Below are positions 9,038-17,768 of a stretch of 32,000 nt of DNA, one piece after another. The stretch is from Mycolicibacterium smegmatis (lineage in GTDB: Bacteria > Actinomycetota > Actinomycetes > Mycobacteriales > Mycobacteriaceae). Where the stretch lies: NCBI RefSeq assembly GCF_001457595.1, contig NZ_LN831039.1, forward strand, positions 5,130,001 through 5,162,000, written 5' to 3'. Numbering within the stretch: the first letter of the stretch is position 1; every line of letters starts with the position of its first letter. Both the position numbers and the translations under genes were made by a program. The notes beneath the pieces were generated by a model. The model saw only the letters and a program-made list of their open reading frames with translations, did no database searches and was not told the DNA's origin.

Positions 9038-10879
9038 ATGACACAGACCACCGCCGCACCACTGGCAACCCTGTCACCGCAGGAACGCGTCGACGCCTGG
9101 CTGGCCGACTTCGAGTCGGCCCTGGCCGCCCGGGACATCGAGCGCGTCGTCTCGAAGTTCGCCGTCGACAGCTTCTGGCGCGATCTGGTTGCCTTCACCT
9201 GGAACATCAAGACCGTCGAGGGGCACGAGGGCATCGCGGACATGCTCTCCGCGCGACTCGCCGACACCGACCCATCGGGTTTCAAGACCACAGAACCGCC
9301 CACCGAGGACGTCGACGGCAACACCGTCATCACGTCGGCGTTCATCGAGTTCGAGACCGCGACCGGCCGCGGCAACGGACACTTGCGGCTGCGCAGCGAC
9401 GACACCGGCGACCGCGCCTGGACGCTGCTGACCACGCTGCAGGAGCTCAAGGGCCACGAGGAGCCGAAAGGCCCCAAGCGGGTGCTGGGCGCCGTGCACG
9501 GCTCCGACCCCGACCGCCGGTCCTGGGCCGAGAAGCGCCTCGACGAGCAGCTGACGCTGGGCTACAGCGAGCAGCCGTACATCGTCGTCATCGGCGGCGG
9601 CCAGGGCGGCATCGCCCTCGGTGCGCGGCTGCGTCAGCTCGGTGTGCCCGCGATCGTCGTCGACAAGCACGAACGTCCCGGCGACCAGTGGCGCAAGCGC
9701 TACAAGTCACTGTGCCTGCACGATCCGGTGTGGTACGACCACCTGCCATATCTGCCGTTCCCGCCCAACTGGCCGGTGTTCGCGCCCAAGGACAAGATCG
9801 GCGACTGGCTGGAGTTCTACACCAAGGTCATGGAGGTGCCGTACTGGAGCTCCACGACGTGCCTCTCGGCGTCGTTCGACGAGAACGAAAAGCGTTGGAC
9901 CGTCGAGGTGGATCGCAACGGCGAGAAGGTGACGCTGCGCCCGACGCAGCTGGTGCTCGCGACCGGCATGTCGGGTAAGCCGAACATCCCCACGCTGCCG
10001 GGCCAGGACATCTTCCGTGGCGACCAGCATCATTCGAGCCAGCATCCCGGCCCCGACCGCTACGTGGGCAAGCGTGCCGTGGTGATCGGTTCCAACAACT
10101 CCGCGCACGACATCTGCAAGGCGCTGGTGGAGAACGACGTCGACGTCACGATGGTGCAGCGGTCCTCGACACACATCGTCAAGTCCGATTCGCTCATGGA
10201 TCTCGGCCTCGGCGATCTGTACTCCGAACGTGCCGTCGCGGCCGGGATGACCACGGAGAAGGCCGATCTCACGTTCGCCTCGCTGCCGTACCGCATCATG
10301 GCCGACTTCCAGAAGCCGATCTACGACGCGATCCGCGAGCGCGACAAGGAGTTCTACGCTCGCCTGGAGGCCGCCGGCTTCGAACTGGACTTCGGCGACG
10401 ACGATTCGGGTCTGTTCATGAAGTACCTGCGCCGCGGCTCGGGCTACTACATCGACGTCGGCGCTTCGGATCTGATCGCCGACGGGACCATCAAGCTGGC
10501 GCACGGCCAGGTCGAGCGTCTCACCGAGGATTCGGTGATCCTGGCCGACGGCACCGAACTGCCTGCCGACGTCGTGGTCTACGCCACCGGGTTCGGTTCC
10601 ATGAACGGCTGGGCCGCCGACCTGATCGGGCAGGACGTCGCGGACAAGGTCGGCAAGGTGTGGGGCCTGGGCTCCGGGACCACCAAGGATCCGGGTCCGT
10701 GGGAGGGCGAGCAGCGCAACATGTGGAAGCCCACCCAGCAGGAGAACCTGTGGTTCCACGGCGGTAACCTGCACCAATCACGCCACTACTCACTGTATTT
10801 GGCGTTGCAGCTCAAGGCCCGCTACGAGGGCATGGACACTCCCGTGTACGGCCTGCAGGAGGTGCACCACCTGAGCTGA
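9038..10879 (+). CDS. Flavin-containing monooxygenase with N-terminal SnoaL/NTF2-like domain
   Basis: N-terminal ~150 aa NTF2-like region, then IVVIGGGQGGIALGARLRQLGV (FAD site) and VIGSNNSAHDI (NADPH site). Start chosen at MTQTTAAPL rather than the 8957 ORF start. Confidence 0.88.
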   Translation: MTQTTAAPLATLSPQERVDAWLADFESALAARDIERVVSKFAVDSFWRDLVAFTWNIKTVEGHEGIADMLSARLADTDPSGFKTTEPPTEDVDGNTVITSAFIEFETATGRGNGHLRLRSDDTGDRAWTLLTTLQELKGHEEPKGPKRVLGAVHGSDPDRRSWAEKRLDEQLTLGYSEQPYIVVIGGGQGGIALGARLRQLGVPAIVVDKHERPGDQWRKRYKSLCLHDPVWYDHLPYLPFPPNWPVFAPKDKIGDWLEFYTKVMEVPYWSSTTCLSASFDENEKRWTVEVDRNGEKVTLRPTQLVLATGMSGKPNIPTLPGQDIFRGDQHHSSQHPGPDRYVGKRAVVIGSNNSAHDICKALVENDVDVTMVQRSSTHIVKSDSLMDLGLGDLYSERAVAAGMTTEKADLTFASLPYRIMADFQKPIYDAIRERDKEFYARLEAAGFELDFGDDDSGLFMKYLRRGSGYYIDVGASDLIADGTIKLAHGQVERLTEDSVILADGTELPADVVVYATGFGSMNGWAADLIGQDVADKVGKVWGLGSGTTKDPGPWEGEQRNMWKPTQQENLWFHGGNLHQSRHYSLYLALQLKARYEGMDTPVYGLQEVHHLS

Positions 10880-10917
10880 CGTTTTTCCGGCACACGGGCG
10901 CCAGGTATACAAGACGC

Positions 10918-11625
10918 ATGCGACGACGCGTGCTGACGGTGTGCCTGGCGCTCGTCTTGTGTGTGGTGGTTGTTCTCGCGGGTGGTTACTGGCTGTCGAA
11001 TTCGCGGACGTTCCAGGTGGCCGGCGCGTTGGTTCATCGCGTTTCGACGCCCGAGAAGGTCGTCGCGTTGACGCTCGACGACGGGCCCACCGACGCGACA
11101 CGTGTGGTGTTGCGCACGCTGGCCGCCGCGCGGGTGCCCGCGACGTTCTACCTGACCGGGCGCGAACTCGAAGCCGCACCCGATCTGGGTGCGGCCATCG
11201 CGGCGGCCGGACACGAGATCGGCAATCACAGCTTCTCGCACCGGCGCATGGTGCTCATGTCATCGAAAACCGTTGCTTCCGAGCTGGAACGCACCGATGC
11301 CGCGATCCGCGCGACGGGCTACACCGGGCCCATCACTTTCCGGCCGCCGTACGGCAAGAAGCTCTGGTCGCTCCCCCGCTACCTTGCGGAGCATGACCGG
11401 ATCTCGGTGACGTGGGATGTGGAACCCGACTCGGCGACCGAACCCACGGCCGACGAGATCGTCGCGCAGACCGTCGACCAGGTGCGCCCGGGTTCGATCA
11501 TCCTGCTACATGCCATGTACGGCAGTCGCGGGCCGACGCGCGCGGCGCTGCCGCGGATCATCTCCGAATTGCAGTCAGCCGGATACCGTTTCGTCACGGT
11601 GTCGCAACTGATCGGGATGTCGTGA
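10918..11625 (+). CDS. Polysaccharide deacetylase (NodB homology domain)
   Basis: N-terminal TM anchor; LTLDDGPTDAT, HEIGNHSFSHRRM, FRPPYG, SIILLHAM motifs. Confidence 0.9.
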   Translation: MRRRVLTVCLALVLCVVVVLAGGYWLSNSRTFQVAGALVHRVSTPEKVVALTLDDGPTDATRVVLRTLAAARVPATFYLTGRELEAAPDLGAAIAAAGHEIGNHSFSHRRMVLMSSKTVASELERTDAAIRATGYTGPITFRPPYGKKLWSLPRYLAEHDRISVTWDVEPDSATEPTADEIVAQTVDQVRPGSIILLHAMYGSRGPTRAALPRIISELQSAGYRFVTVSQLIGMS

Positions 11626-12110
11626 GCAGCGTGCTGCACGGTCTGCCGCCCATCGTCGGCGAGGCTCCTCGTGTCCTCATCCTCGGCAACATGCCCAGCG
11701 TGATGTCACTGGCCTCGAGCGAGTACTACGGCAATCCGCGCAATGCGTTCTGGCGCATCATGGGTTCTCTCTACGGGTTCGCTCCGGATGCTGCCTACTC
11801 CGAGCGGGTTTCGGCGGTGACGTCGCACGGCATTGCGGTGTGGGATGTACTGCGCTCGTGCCGGCGCGTCGGGAGCCTGGATTCGGCGGTGGAGCGCGAC
11901 AGCATGGTGCCCAATGACTTTGCCGGGTTCTTCGCTGCGCATCCCTCGCTTGAGCGTGTGGTGTTCAACGGTGCTGCGGCTGAGGCGAATTATCGCCGTC
12001 TCGTCGGTGAGGTGCCCCTGCCTTATGTGCGGATGCCATCGACCAGCCCGGCACAGACCATGCGCTTCGAGGACAAGCTCTCGGCTTGGCGCGTGGAGCT
12101 GGAGAGGTGA
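11622..12110 (+). CDS. DNA-deoxyinosine (hypoxanthine-DNA) glycosylase of the uracil-DNA glycosylase superfamily
   Basis: GLPPIVGEAPRVLILGNMPSVMSLASSEYYGNPRNAFWRI is typical of the family; GTG start at 11622 overlaps the preceding TGA. Confidence 0.82.
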   Translation: MSSVLHGLPPIVGEAPRVLILGNMPSVMSLASSEYYGNPRNAFWRIMGSLYGFAPDAAYSERVSAVTSHGIAVWDVLRSCRRVGSLDSAVERDSMVPNDFAGFFAAHPSLERVVFNGAAAEANYRRLVGEVPLPYVRMPSTSPAQTMRFEDKLSAWRVELER

Positions 12111-12189
12111 GGCAAATCCTCATCCGAGCTCCGGAACAGTCCCATCAGGACATTCTCACTTGTCGGTGGGTGCTGGCATACTCGAACGC

Positions 12190-13617
12190 ATGTTCGATGG
12201 AACGAGCGATGCGGGTCTGATCGACGCCATCGCCGAGGCCAAGCGGCAGGAGAACGCCGCCACGGCCCGTCGCCTGTTCGCGATCGGCGAGCTGGACACC
12301 CGCCGCGCCATCGACCTGGCCGAATGCAACTTCTGGCGCACCGACCCGTTCGAGGAGGTCTGCGCCGAAGTGTCCGCTGCGCTGCGGATCTCGCGCTCCC
12401 GGGCCAACTGGCAGGTCCACCTGGCCCGGGTGCTGCGTGACCGCATCCCCAAAGTCGCCGCGGTGTTCGCCCAAGGCGACATCGACTTTCGCATCGTCAC
12501 CAAGATCGCCACCCGCACCGAACTGGTCGACCCTGCCGCCATGCCCGCCCTCGACGACGTGCTGGCCCGCCGCTGCCCCAACTGGATGCGCCTGTCCGAG
12601 CCCAAACTCGAAGAACGCATCGACCAGTGCATCCTGCGCCTGGACCCCGACGGCCAGCGCGTCACCAAACGATCCGAAGACAGCCGATACTTCACGGTCC
12701 AACCCGCCGACACCCCCGGCATGGCCAACGCCCAGGGCTATCTGCCCGCCCACGACGCCGCCGGGTTCGACAAACGCCTCGACGCCATCGCCGCCACCGT
12801 GTGCCCCAACGATCCCCGCACCCCCGATCAACGCCGCGCCGATGCCCTCGGAGCCTTGGGCCGCTACCGCGACACCCTGGACTGCCAATGCGGACGCGAA
12901 GACTGCACCGCGGTCGCCGAACGCGACGCGGTGAACAATGCGATGATCCACGTGCTGGCCGAGCAGTCCACCCTCGACGGCGGCAACGAACCCGGCTACC
13001 TGCCCGGCTTCGGCATGCTGCCCGCGCACATGGTGCGCGAGGTCGCCAAGACCGCCACCACCAAACCTGTCACCATCCCCAAAGACAAGGCCCAGTCGGG
13101 TTACCGCCCCAATGCCGAACTCACCGAGTTCATCCGCTGGAGAGATCTGACCTGCCGATTCCCCGGCTGTGACGCCCCGGCGATGGCCGCCGACATCGAC
13201 CACACCCGCCCCTACCCGCAAGGGCCCACGCATCCGTCGAACACCAAGCTGTACTGCCGCACCCACCACCTGATCAAGACGTTCTACACCGGCCCCAACG
13301 GGTGGACCGACCGGCAACTCCCCGACGGCACCATCGAGTTCACCGCCCCCACCGGGCACATCTACACCACCGAACCCCAAGGCGCAGCCTTGTTCCCGGT
13401 CCTGGGCACCCCCACCGGCGAGCTCAACCTGCCACCCCAGCAAGACGAGCCGCACCCCAACCGCGGGGTGATGATGCCCAAACGCCGCCAAACCCGCGAA
13501 CAAGACCGCGCCGACCGCATCAACGCCGAACGCCGCGAACGCGCCGAACTCAACGCCGAACAACAACGCCAACGCCAAGCCTGGCTCGCCGACAACTACG
13601 AACCGCCACCCTTCTGA
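12190..13617 (+). CDS. DUF222 / HNH endonuclease domain protein (REP13E12-like family)
   Basis: DUF222-like N-terminus MFDGTSDAGLIDAIAEAKRQENAATARRLFAIGEL; HNH region CRFPGCDAPAMAADIDHTRPYPQGPTHPSNTKLYCRTHHLIKTF. Confidence 0.9.
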   Translation: MFDGTSDAGLIDAIAEAKRQENAATARRLFAIGELDTRRAIDLAECNFWRTDPFEEVCAEVSAALRISRSRANWQVHLARVLRDRIPKVAAVFAQGDIDFRIVTKIATRTELVDPAAMPALDDVLARRCPNWMRLSEPKLEERIDQCILRLDPDGQRVTKRSEDSRYFTVQPADTPGMANAQGYLPAHDAAGFDKRLDAIAATVCPNDPRTPDQRRADALGALGRYRDTLDCQCGREDCTAVAERDAVNNAMIHVLAEQSTLDGGNEPGYLPGFGMLPAHMVREVAKTATTKPVTIPKDKAQSGYRPNAELTEFIRWRDLTCRFPGCDAPAMAADIDHTRPYPQGPTHPSNTKLYCRTHHLIKTFYTGPNGWTDRQLPDGTIEFTAPTGHIYTTEPQGAALFPVLGTPTGELNLPPQQDEPHPNRGVMMPKRRQTREQDRADRINAERRERAELNAEQQRQRQAWLADNYEPPPF

Positions 13618-14438
13618 CCGAACCGCATTGCGTACTCCCCCGGCGTGCACCCCAACATGCCGCGGAAGTCATTGATGAAATGCGCCTGGTCGTACCAGCC
13701 GAGGCGCACCGCGAGATCGGCGAAATCCACACTGCCCGTGCTCTCGATCTCCAATGCCGCCTGCTGCAAGCGGTATCGGCACAACACCCATTTGACCGGC
13801 ACACCCACATACCGCCGGAACACCCGCTGCGTCGTGCGCACGCTCCACGGCGAGTGCTCCATGACCTGCTCCACACGGTGCAGCGTGGGATCCTCGCGCA
13901 TGCGCTCGAGCAGCGGCATCAACCTGGCGTACACCGGATCGGGATCGCCGGAGTAGTCACCGATAACCGCATCAAACCCCGACCGAACCACGGATACATC
14001 ACATCCGAGATCGATTGGCCCACCGAACAAGTCGTCGTCAACCGGGACCACACGATCGGTGAGCTCACCGGCGTCGCGTCCGAACCGTGCGGTGAATCCG
14101 CCCGGATGGAAGCGCGCGCCGACCACAACACCGCGGGAGCTGATGGTGGTGCGAAACACCTGAGTCACCACGCCGTGCAGCAGTGTGTTGGGCAGCGGAT
14201 GGCCATGGCGCGCAATGTCGTCGCCCCATTCGCGGGTGAGATGCACGGCCGGGAAGGTGATCACGGTGCTCTCGTGCGGACCCGCCTCGCGGCGGTCCCA
14301 GCGCACCGACCAGTAGTGCTCGACGAAACGGCCCGCCTCGGGTGACGGCGCCCACCGGGTGAGGTCGAATGCCGAGGCACTGCCAGGGCGACCGACGACG
14401 CCGCGCTCTGGCGCGTTTTTCCAAGCGGCCACGCACAC
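13596..14438 (-). CDS. AraC-family transcriptional regulator
   Basis: C-terminal HTH: VPVKWVLCRYRLQQAALEIESTGSVDFADLAVRLGWYDQAHFINDFRGMLGCTPGEYAMRFG. Likely GTG start at 14438 or 14432, because upstream sequence overlaps the divergent VOC gene. Confidence 0.85.
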   Translation of the reverse strand: MCVAAWKNAPERGVVGRPGSASAFDLTRWAPSPEAGRFVEHYWSVRWDRREAGPHESTVITFPAVHLTREWGDDIARHGHPLPNTLLHGVVTQVFRTTISSRGVVVGARFHPGGFTARFGRDAGELTDRVVPVDDDLFGGPIDLGCDVSVVRSGFDAVIGDYSGDPDPVYARLMPLLERMREDPTLHRVEQVMEHSPWSVRTTQRVFRRYVGVPVKWVLCRYRLQQAALEIESTGSVDFADLAVRLGWYDQAHFINDFRGMLGCTPGEYAMRFGQKGGGS

Positions 14439-14459
14439 CAGGCTACGAGACTGGCGGAC

Positions 14460-14930
14460 ATGAGTGTTCAACCGATCCCGGAGGGCTACACGAGCCTGAC
14501 CCCATTCCTGTGCGTCCACCCCGCGGCCGAGGCTATTGCGTTCTACGAGAGCGTGTTCGGCGCGAAAACCGTGGAGCGGATGGACGGTCCCGACGGCACG
14601 GTCGCGCACGCCGAACTCGACTTCGGCAACGGCAGGCTGCAACTGGGCGACCCGCAGGAGGCGTTCGGCATCGCCGCGCCCGACACCGGTGCCCCGGCCA
14701 CGCACTCGTTCGGGTTGTACTGCCCCGACGTCGACGACGTGGTGACGCGCGCCGAGAAGGCCGGCGCGACGGTGCGGGAACCCGCGCAGACGTTCGTCAC
14801 GGGTGACCGGTTCGCGTCGATCCTCGACCCGTTCGGCCACCGCTGGACCGTGATGACGCGCGTGGAGAACCTCACCGCCGAGGAGCGCGAACAGCGTGTG
14901 GCCCAGTGGGCGGCGAGCAACAGCGGTTAA
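14460..14930 (+). CDS. VOC/glyoxalase-superfamily protein (PhnB-like)
   Basis: SLTPFLCVHPAAEAIAFYESVFGAK...HAELDFGNGRLQLGD...ILDPFGHRWTVMTRVE. Confidence 0.85.
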   Translation: MSVQPIPEGYTSLTPFLCVHPAAEAIAFYESVFGAKTVERMDGPDGTVAHAELDFGNGRLQLGDPQEAFGIAAPDTGAPATHSFGLYCPDVDDVVTRAEKAGATVREPAQTFVTGDRFASILDPFGHRWTVMTRVENLTAEEREQRVAQWAASNSG

Positions 14931-14939
14931 CGTGGCGGG

Positions 14940-15377
14940 ATGTCATGCGTGTTCTGTGCCATCGTCTCCGGTGACGCCCCAGCCATCCGCATCTACGAAG
15001 ACGAGAACTTCCTGGGCATCCTCGACATCCGGCCGTTCACCCGCGGCCACACGCTGGTGATCCCGAAAACCCACACCGTCGACCTCACGGACACGCCGCC
15101 GGAGACGGTCGCCGGTATGGCGGCCGTCGGCCAGCGCATCGCGCGGGCCGCACGCGAATCGGGACTGCACGCCGACGGCAACAACATCGCGATCAACGAC
15201 GGCAAGGCCGCGTTCCAGACGGTGTTCCACATCCACCTGCACGTGGTGCCCCGTCGCAACGGCGACAAGCTGTCGTTCGCCAAGGGCATGGTGATGCGCC
15301 GCGACCCCGACCGCGAGGAGTCCGGCAGGCTGCTGCGGGCGGCCCTGGCGCAACTGGACAGCGCCGAGCAGGATTGA
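14940..15377 (+). CDS. HIT family nucleotide-binding/hydrolase protein
   Basis: CVFCAIVSGDAPAIRIYED...; HIT triad HIHLHVVPR. Confidence 0.93.
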   Translation: MSCVFCAIVSGDAPAIRIYEDENFLGILDIRPFTRGHTLVIPKTHTVDLTDTPPETVAGMAAVGQRIARAARESGLHADGNNIAINDGKAAFQTVFHIHLHVVPRRNGDKLSFAKGMVMRRDPDREESGRLLRAALAQLDSAEQD

Positions 15378-15380
15378 CCC

Positions 15381-15836
15381 ATGAGTATGCCCTGGTGGGA
15401 GCGGTACATCGGTCTGCCGTTGCTGTTGCTGCACGACAAGGTCTACAAGGCCACCGATGGACGCATCGGACACCGCATCCCCGGCGGGCCGGCCACGCTG
15501 ATCCTGCACACTGTCGGCGCCAAGACCGGTCAGCACCGCGCGAGTTCGCTCGCCTACGCGCGCGACGGTGACGACTACCTGGTGGTGGCGTCGAAAGGTG
15601 GCGAGCCGAAGGCGCCGGGTTGGTACCACAACCTCAAGGCCGACCCGAACGTCGAGATCAACGTCGGCCCCAAGCGTCTGCGTGCGACGGCCAGAGCCGT
15701 GTTCCCCGATGACCCGGATTTCCCGCGGCTGTGGGAGATCGTCAACAACATGCCGGGCAACAAGGACCGCTACATCGGTTACCAGAAACGCACGACGCGC
15801 CAGATCCCGGTGATCGTGCTGACGCCCGTGAGCTAG
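15381..15836 (+). CDS. Deazaflavin (F420)-dependent nitroreductase family protein (Ddn-like)
   Basis: GGPATLILHTVGAKTGQHRASSLAYARDGDDYLVVASKGGEPKAPGWYHNLKADPNVEI. Confidence 0.92.
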   Translation: MSMPWWERYIGLPLLLLHDKVYKATDGRIGHRIPGGPATLILHTVGAKTGQHRASSLAYARDGDDYLVVASKGGEPKAPGWYHNLKADPNVEINVGPKRLRATARAVFPDDPDFPRLWEIVNNMPGNKDRYIGYQKRTTRQIPVIVLTPVS

Positions 15837-16882
15837 AAGAGTTCCTTCGCGAGCAGTTCCAGCGTGGTGTCGCGTGCGGTCGCGGTCCTCGGATCGGCGC
15901 CGCGGTGCGCCGACGCGACGGGGTTGATCATGACCTCGTCGACGTCGAACTCCTCGGCCAGTGCCCGCACCTGCTCGGCGGCCTCGGTGGGTGATCCGAC
16001 CACGGCGCGGCGGCGCCCGTCGGCGACCACGGCGTCGCCCTGCGGCGTGAGGACCGTGGTCTGCGCGTCCTCCACCAGATCGAGCGCGTTGAGCGGCTGA
16101 CCGGTGCGCAACCGGGCCATCATCTGCAGTTGCGGCAGCAGCAGCGCCTCGGCCTCCTCGGTGGTCTCGGCGACCACGGCGTTGACGGTCAGGAACGTCA
16201 CGGGCTCAGGCGCGGCCTCGCTGGGCTGGAACTCTTCGCGGTAGATCGCGAGCGCCTCGGCGGTGCCGTGACCCGAGAAGTGGTGCGCGAACACGTACGG
16301 CAGGCCCTTGGCCGCCGCGAGATGCGCCGAGTACATCGACGAACCCAAGAGCCACAGCTGCGGCACCGAGGTCGCGTTGGGCGTGGCCTTGAGGATGTAG
16401 TTGTCCCGCAGCAGGTCTCGCGGCAGCGGGACCCGCACGCCGCGCGCACCCATGAGCGCGACGACGTCGTCGAGGTACTGGGGGAAGGCCTCGATGTCGC
16501 GGTCGTCGCGACCCGCGGCGCCGCGCAGTGCCAGCGAGGTGACGGGATCCGACCCGGGGGCACGCCCGATGCCCAGATCGATGCGCCCGGGATGGGCGGC
16601 CTCCAGGAGCGCGAACTGTTCGGCGACGGCCAGCGGCGCGTGATTGGGCAGCATCACCCCGCCCGACCCCAGCCGCAGCTGCGACGTGTGCGCGGCCAGG
16701 TGCGCGATCAGGACCGGCGGGCTGGTGGCCGCGACCGCGGGCATGTTGTGGTGTTCGGCGACCCAGAAGCGGTGGTATCCGAGCCGGTCAGCGGTCTGCG
16801 CGAGGTGCGTGGTGGCCGCCAGCGCGTCGGCTGTGGTCTGGTCGGTACGCACCGGGACGAGGTCGAGGACAGAAAGCCGCAT
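15833..16882 (-). CDS. LLM-class flavin-dependent oxidoreductase (luciferase-like)
   Basis: [75 protein letters not shown]-type core (sequence reads [17 protein letters not shown]); start set at [11 protein letters not shown]. Confidence 0.92.
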   Translation of the reverse strand: [349 protein letters not shown]

Positions 16883-16895
16883 GACACGGTCAACG

Positions 16896-17768
16896 TCATT
16901 GCCCGTCACGTTCGTTCCCGATCTGCTTGGCCAACTCGAATATGTCGTCGAGCATGTCCGGTGTGAGCCGTCCGGTGAAGGTGTTCTGCTGGCTGGGGTG
17001 GTAGCAGCCCAGCAGCGTGACGTCGCCGTATGCGGTGGTCAACGTCGCGGTCGCGCCGTGCCCGAACTTGGGCGCGGGTTTGGGGCGGTCGGCGATGAGT
17101 TCGAGCGCCGCACGCCACGCGAACCCGCCCAGCGCGACGATCACGGCGACCGACGGGCCCACCAGGCGCCACTCGGCGGCCAGCCACGGCGCGCACGTCG
17201 CACGCTCGGCCGGTTCCGGGGCGTTGCCGGGCGGGGCGCACCGCACGGCAGCCGCCATGCGGGTGTCGATCAGCCGCATGCCGTCGGCCGCGTCGACGCA
17301 CACGGCCTGGTTCGCCAGGCCCGCGCGGTGCAGCGCCGCGAACAGGAAGTCACCGGAGCGGTCGCCGGTGAACACGCGGCCGGTACGGTTGGCACCCTGC
17401 GCGGCGGGAGCCAGCCCGGCGATGAGGATGCGCGGCGCCTCGGGACCGAATCCGGTTGCGGGCCTGCCCCAGTACGGCTGATCGGCGAACGACTTGCGTT
17501 TGGTGACCGCGACCTCTTCACGCCATGCCACCAGCCGCGGGCAGGCCCGGCACACCGAGATCATCGCGTCGAGGTCGTCGAGCGTCTTGGCCGAGGCCGC
17601 CAGCCGGCGCACCTGCGCCGGGGTCTTGGCCACGGGGGTCGACGGTGTGGCCGGGTCACCGGGCCACCCCGTGCCCGGCGGCACCGGCGACGGGAACAGC
17701 TGACCGGTGCGCGGATGCGGCAGAAGTTGCGGTGACACCCGTCCACTGTGCCCGAAAATCGGTCCCAT
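16896..17768 (-). CDS. udgB: Type 5 uracil-DNA glycosylase
   Basis: [37 protein letters not shown] and [26 protein letters not shown], plus [15 protein letters not shown]; typical UdgB motifs. Confidence 0.9.
   Translation of the reverse strand: MGPIFGHSGRVSPQLLPHPRTGQLFPSPVPPGTGWPGDPATPSTPVAKTPAQVRRLAASAKTLDDLDAMISVCRACPRLVAWREEVAVTKRKSFADQPYWGRPATGFGPEAPRILIAGLAPAAQGANRTGRVFTGDRSGDFLFAALHRAGLANQAVCVDAADGMRLIDTRMAAAVRCAPPGNAPEPAERATCAPWLAAEWRLVGPSVAVIVALGGFAWRAALELIADRPKPAPKFGHGATATLTTAYGDVTLLGCYHPSQQNTFTGRLTPDMLDDIFELAKQIGNERDGQ

Noticed and set aside
8952-9040. 8-bp direct repeat GACACATG at 8952-8959 and 9033-9040 flanking the operator array
   Set aside because: Short and the second copy includes the start codon; no supporting mobile-element features.
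12190-13617. HNH/DUF222 gene as a homing endonuclease in an intron/intein or as a full mobile element
   Set aside because: No split host gene, terminal repeats or target duplication were seen; it appears to be a free-standing REP13E12-like family member.
12145-13650. 501-aa minus-strand ORF antisense to the DUF222-HNH gene
   Set aside because: High-GC shadow ORF: low-complexity Gly/Val/Ala composition, no motifs, while the + strand has clear DUF222 and HNH signatures.
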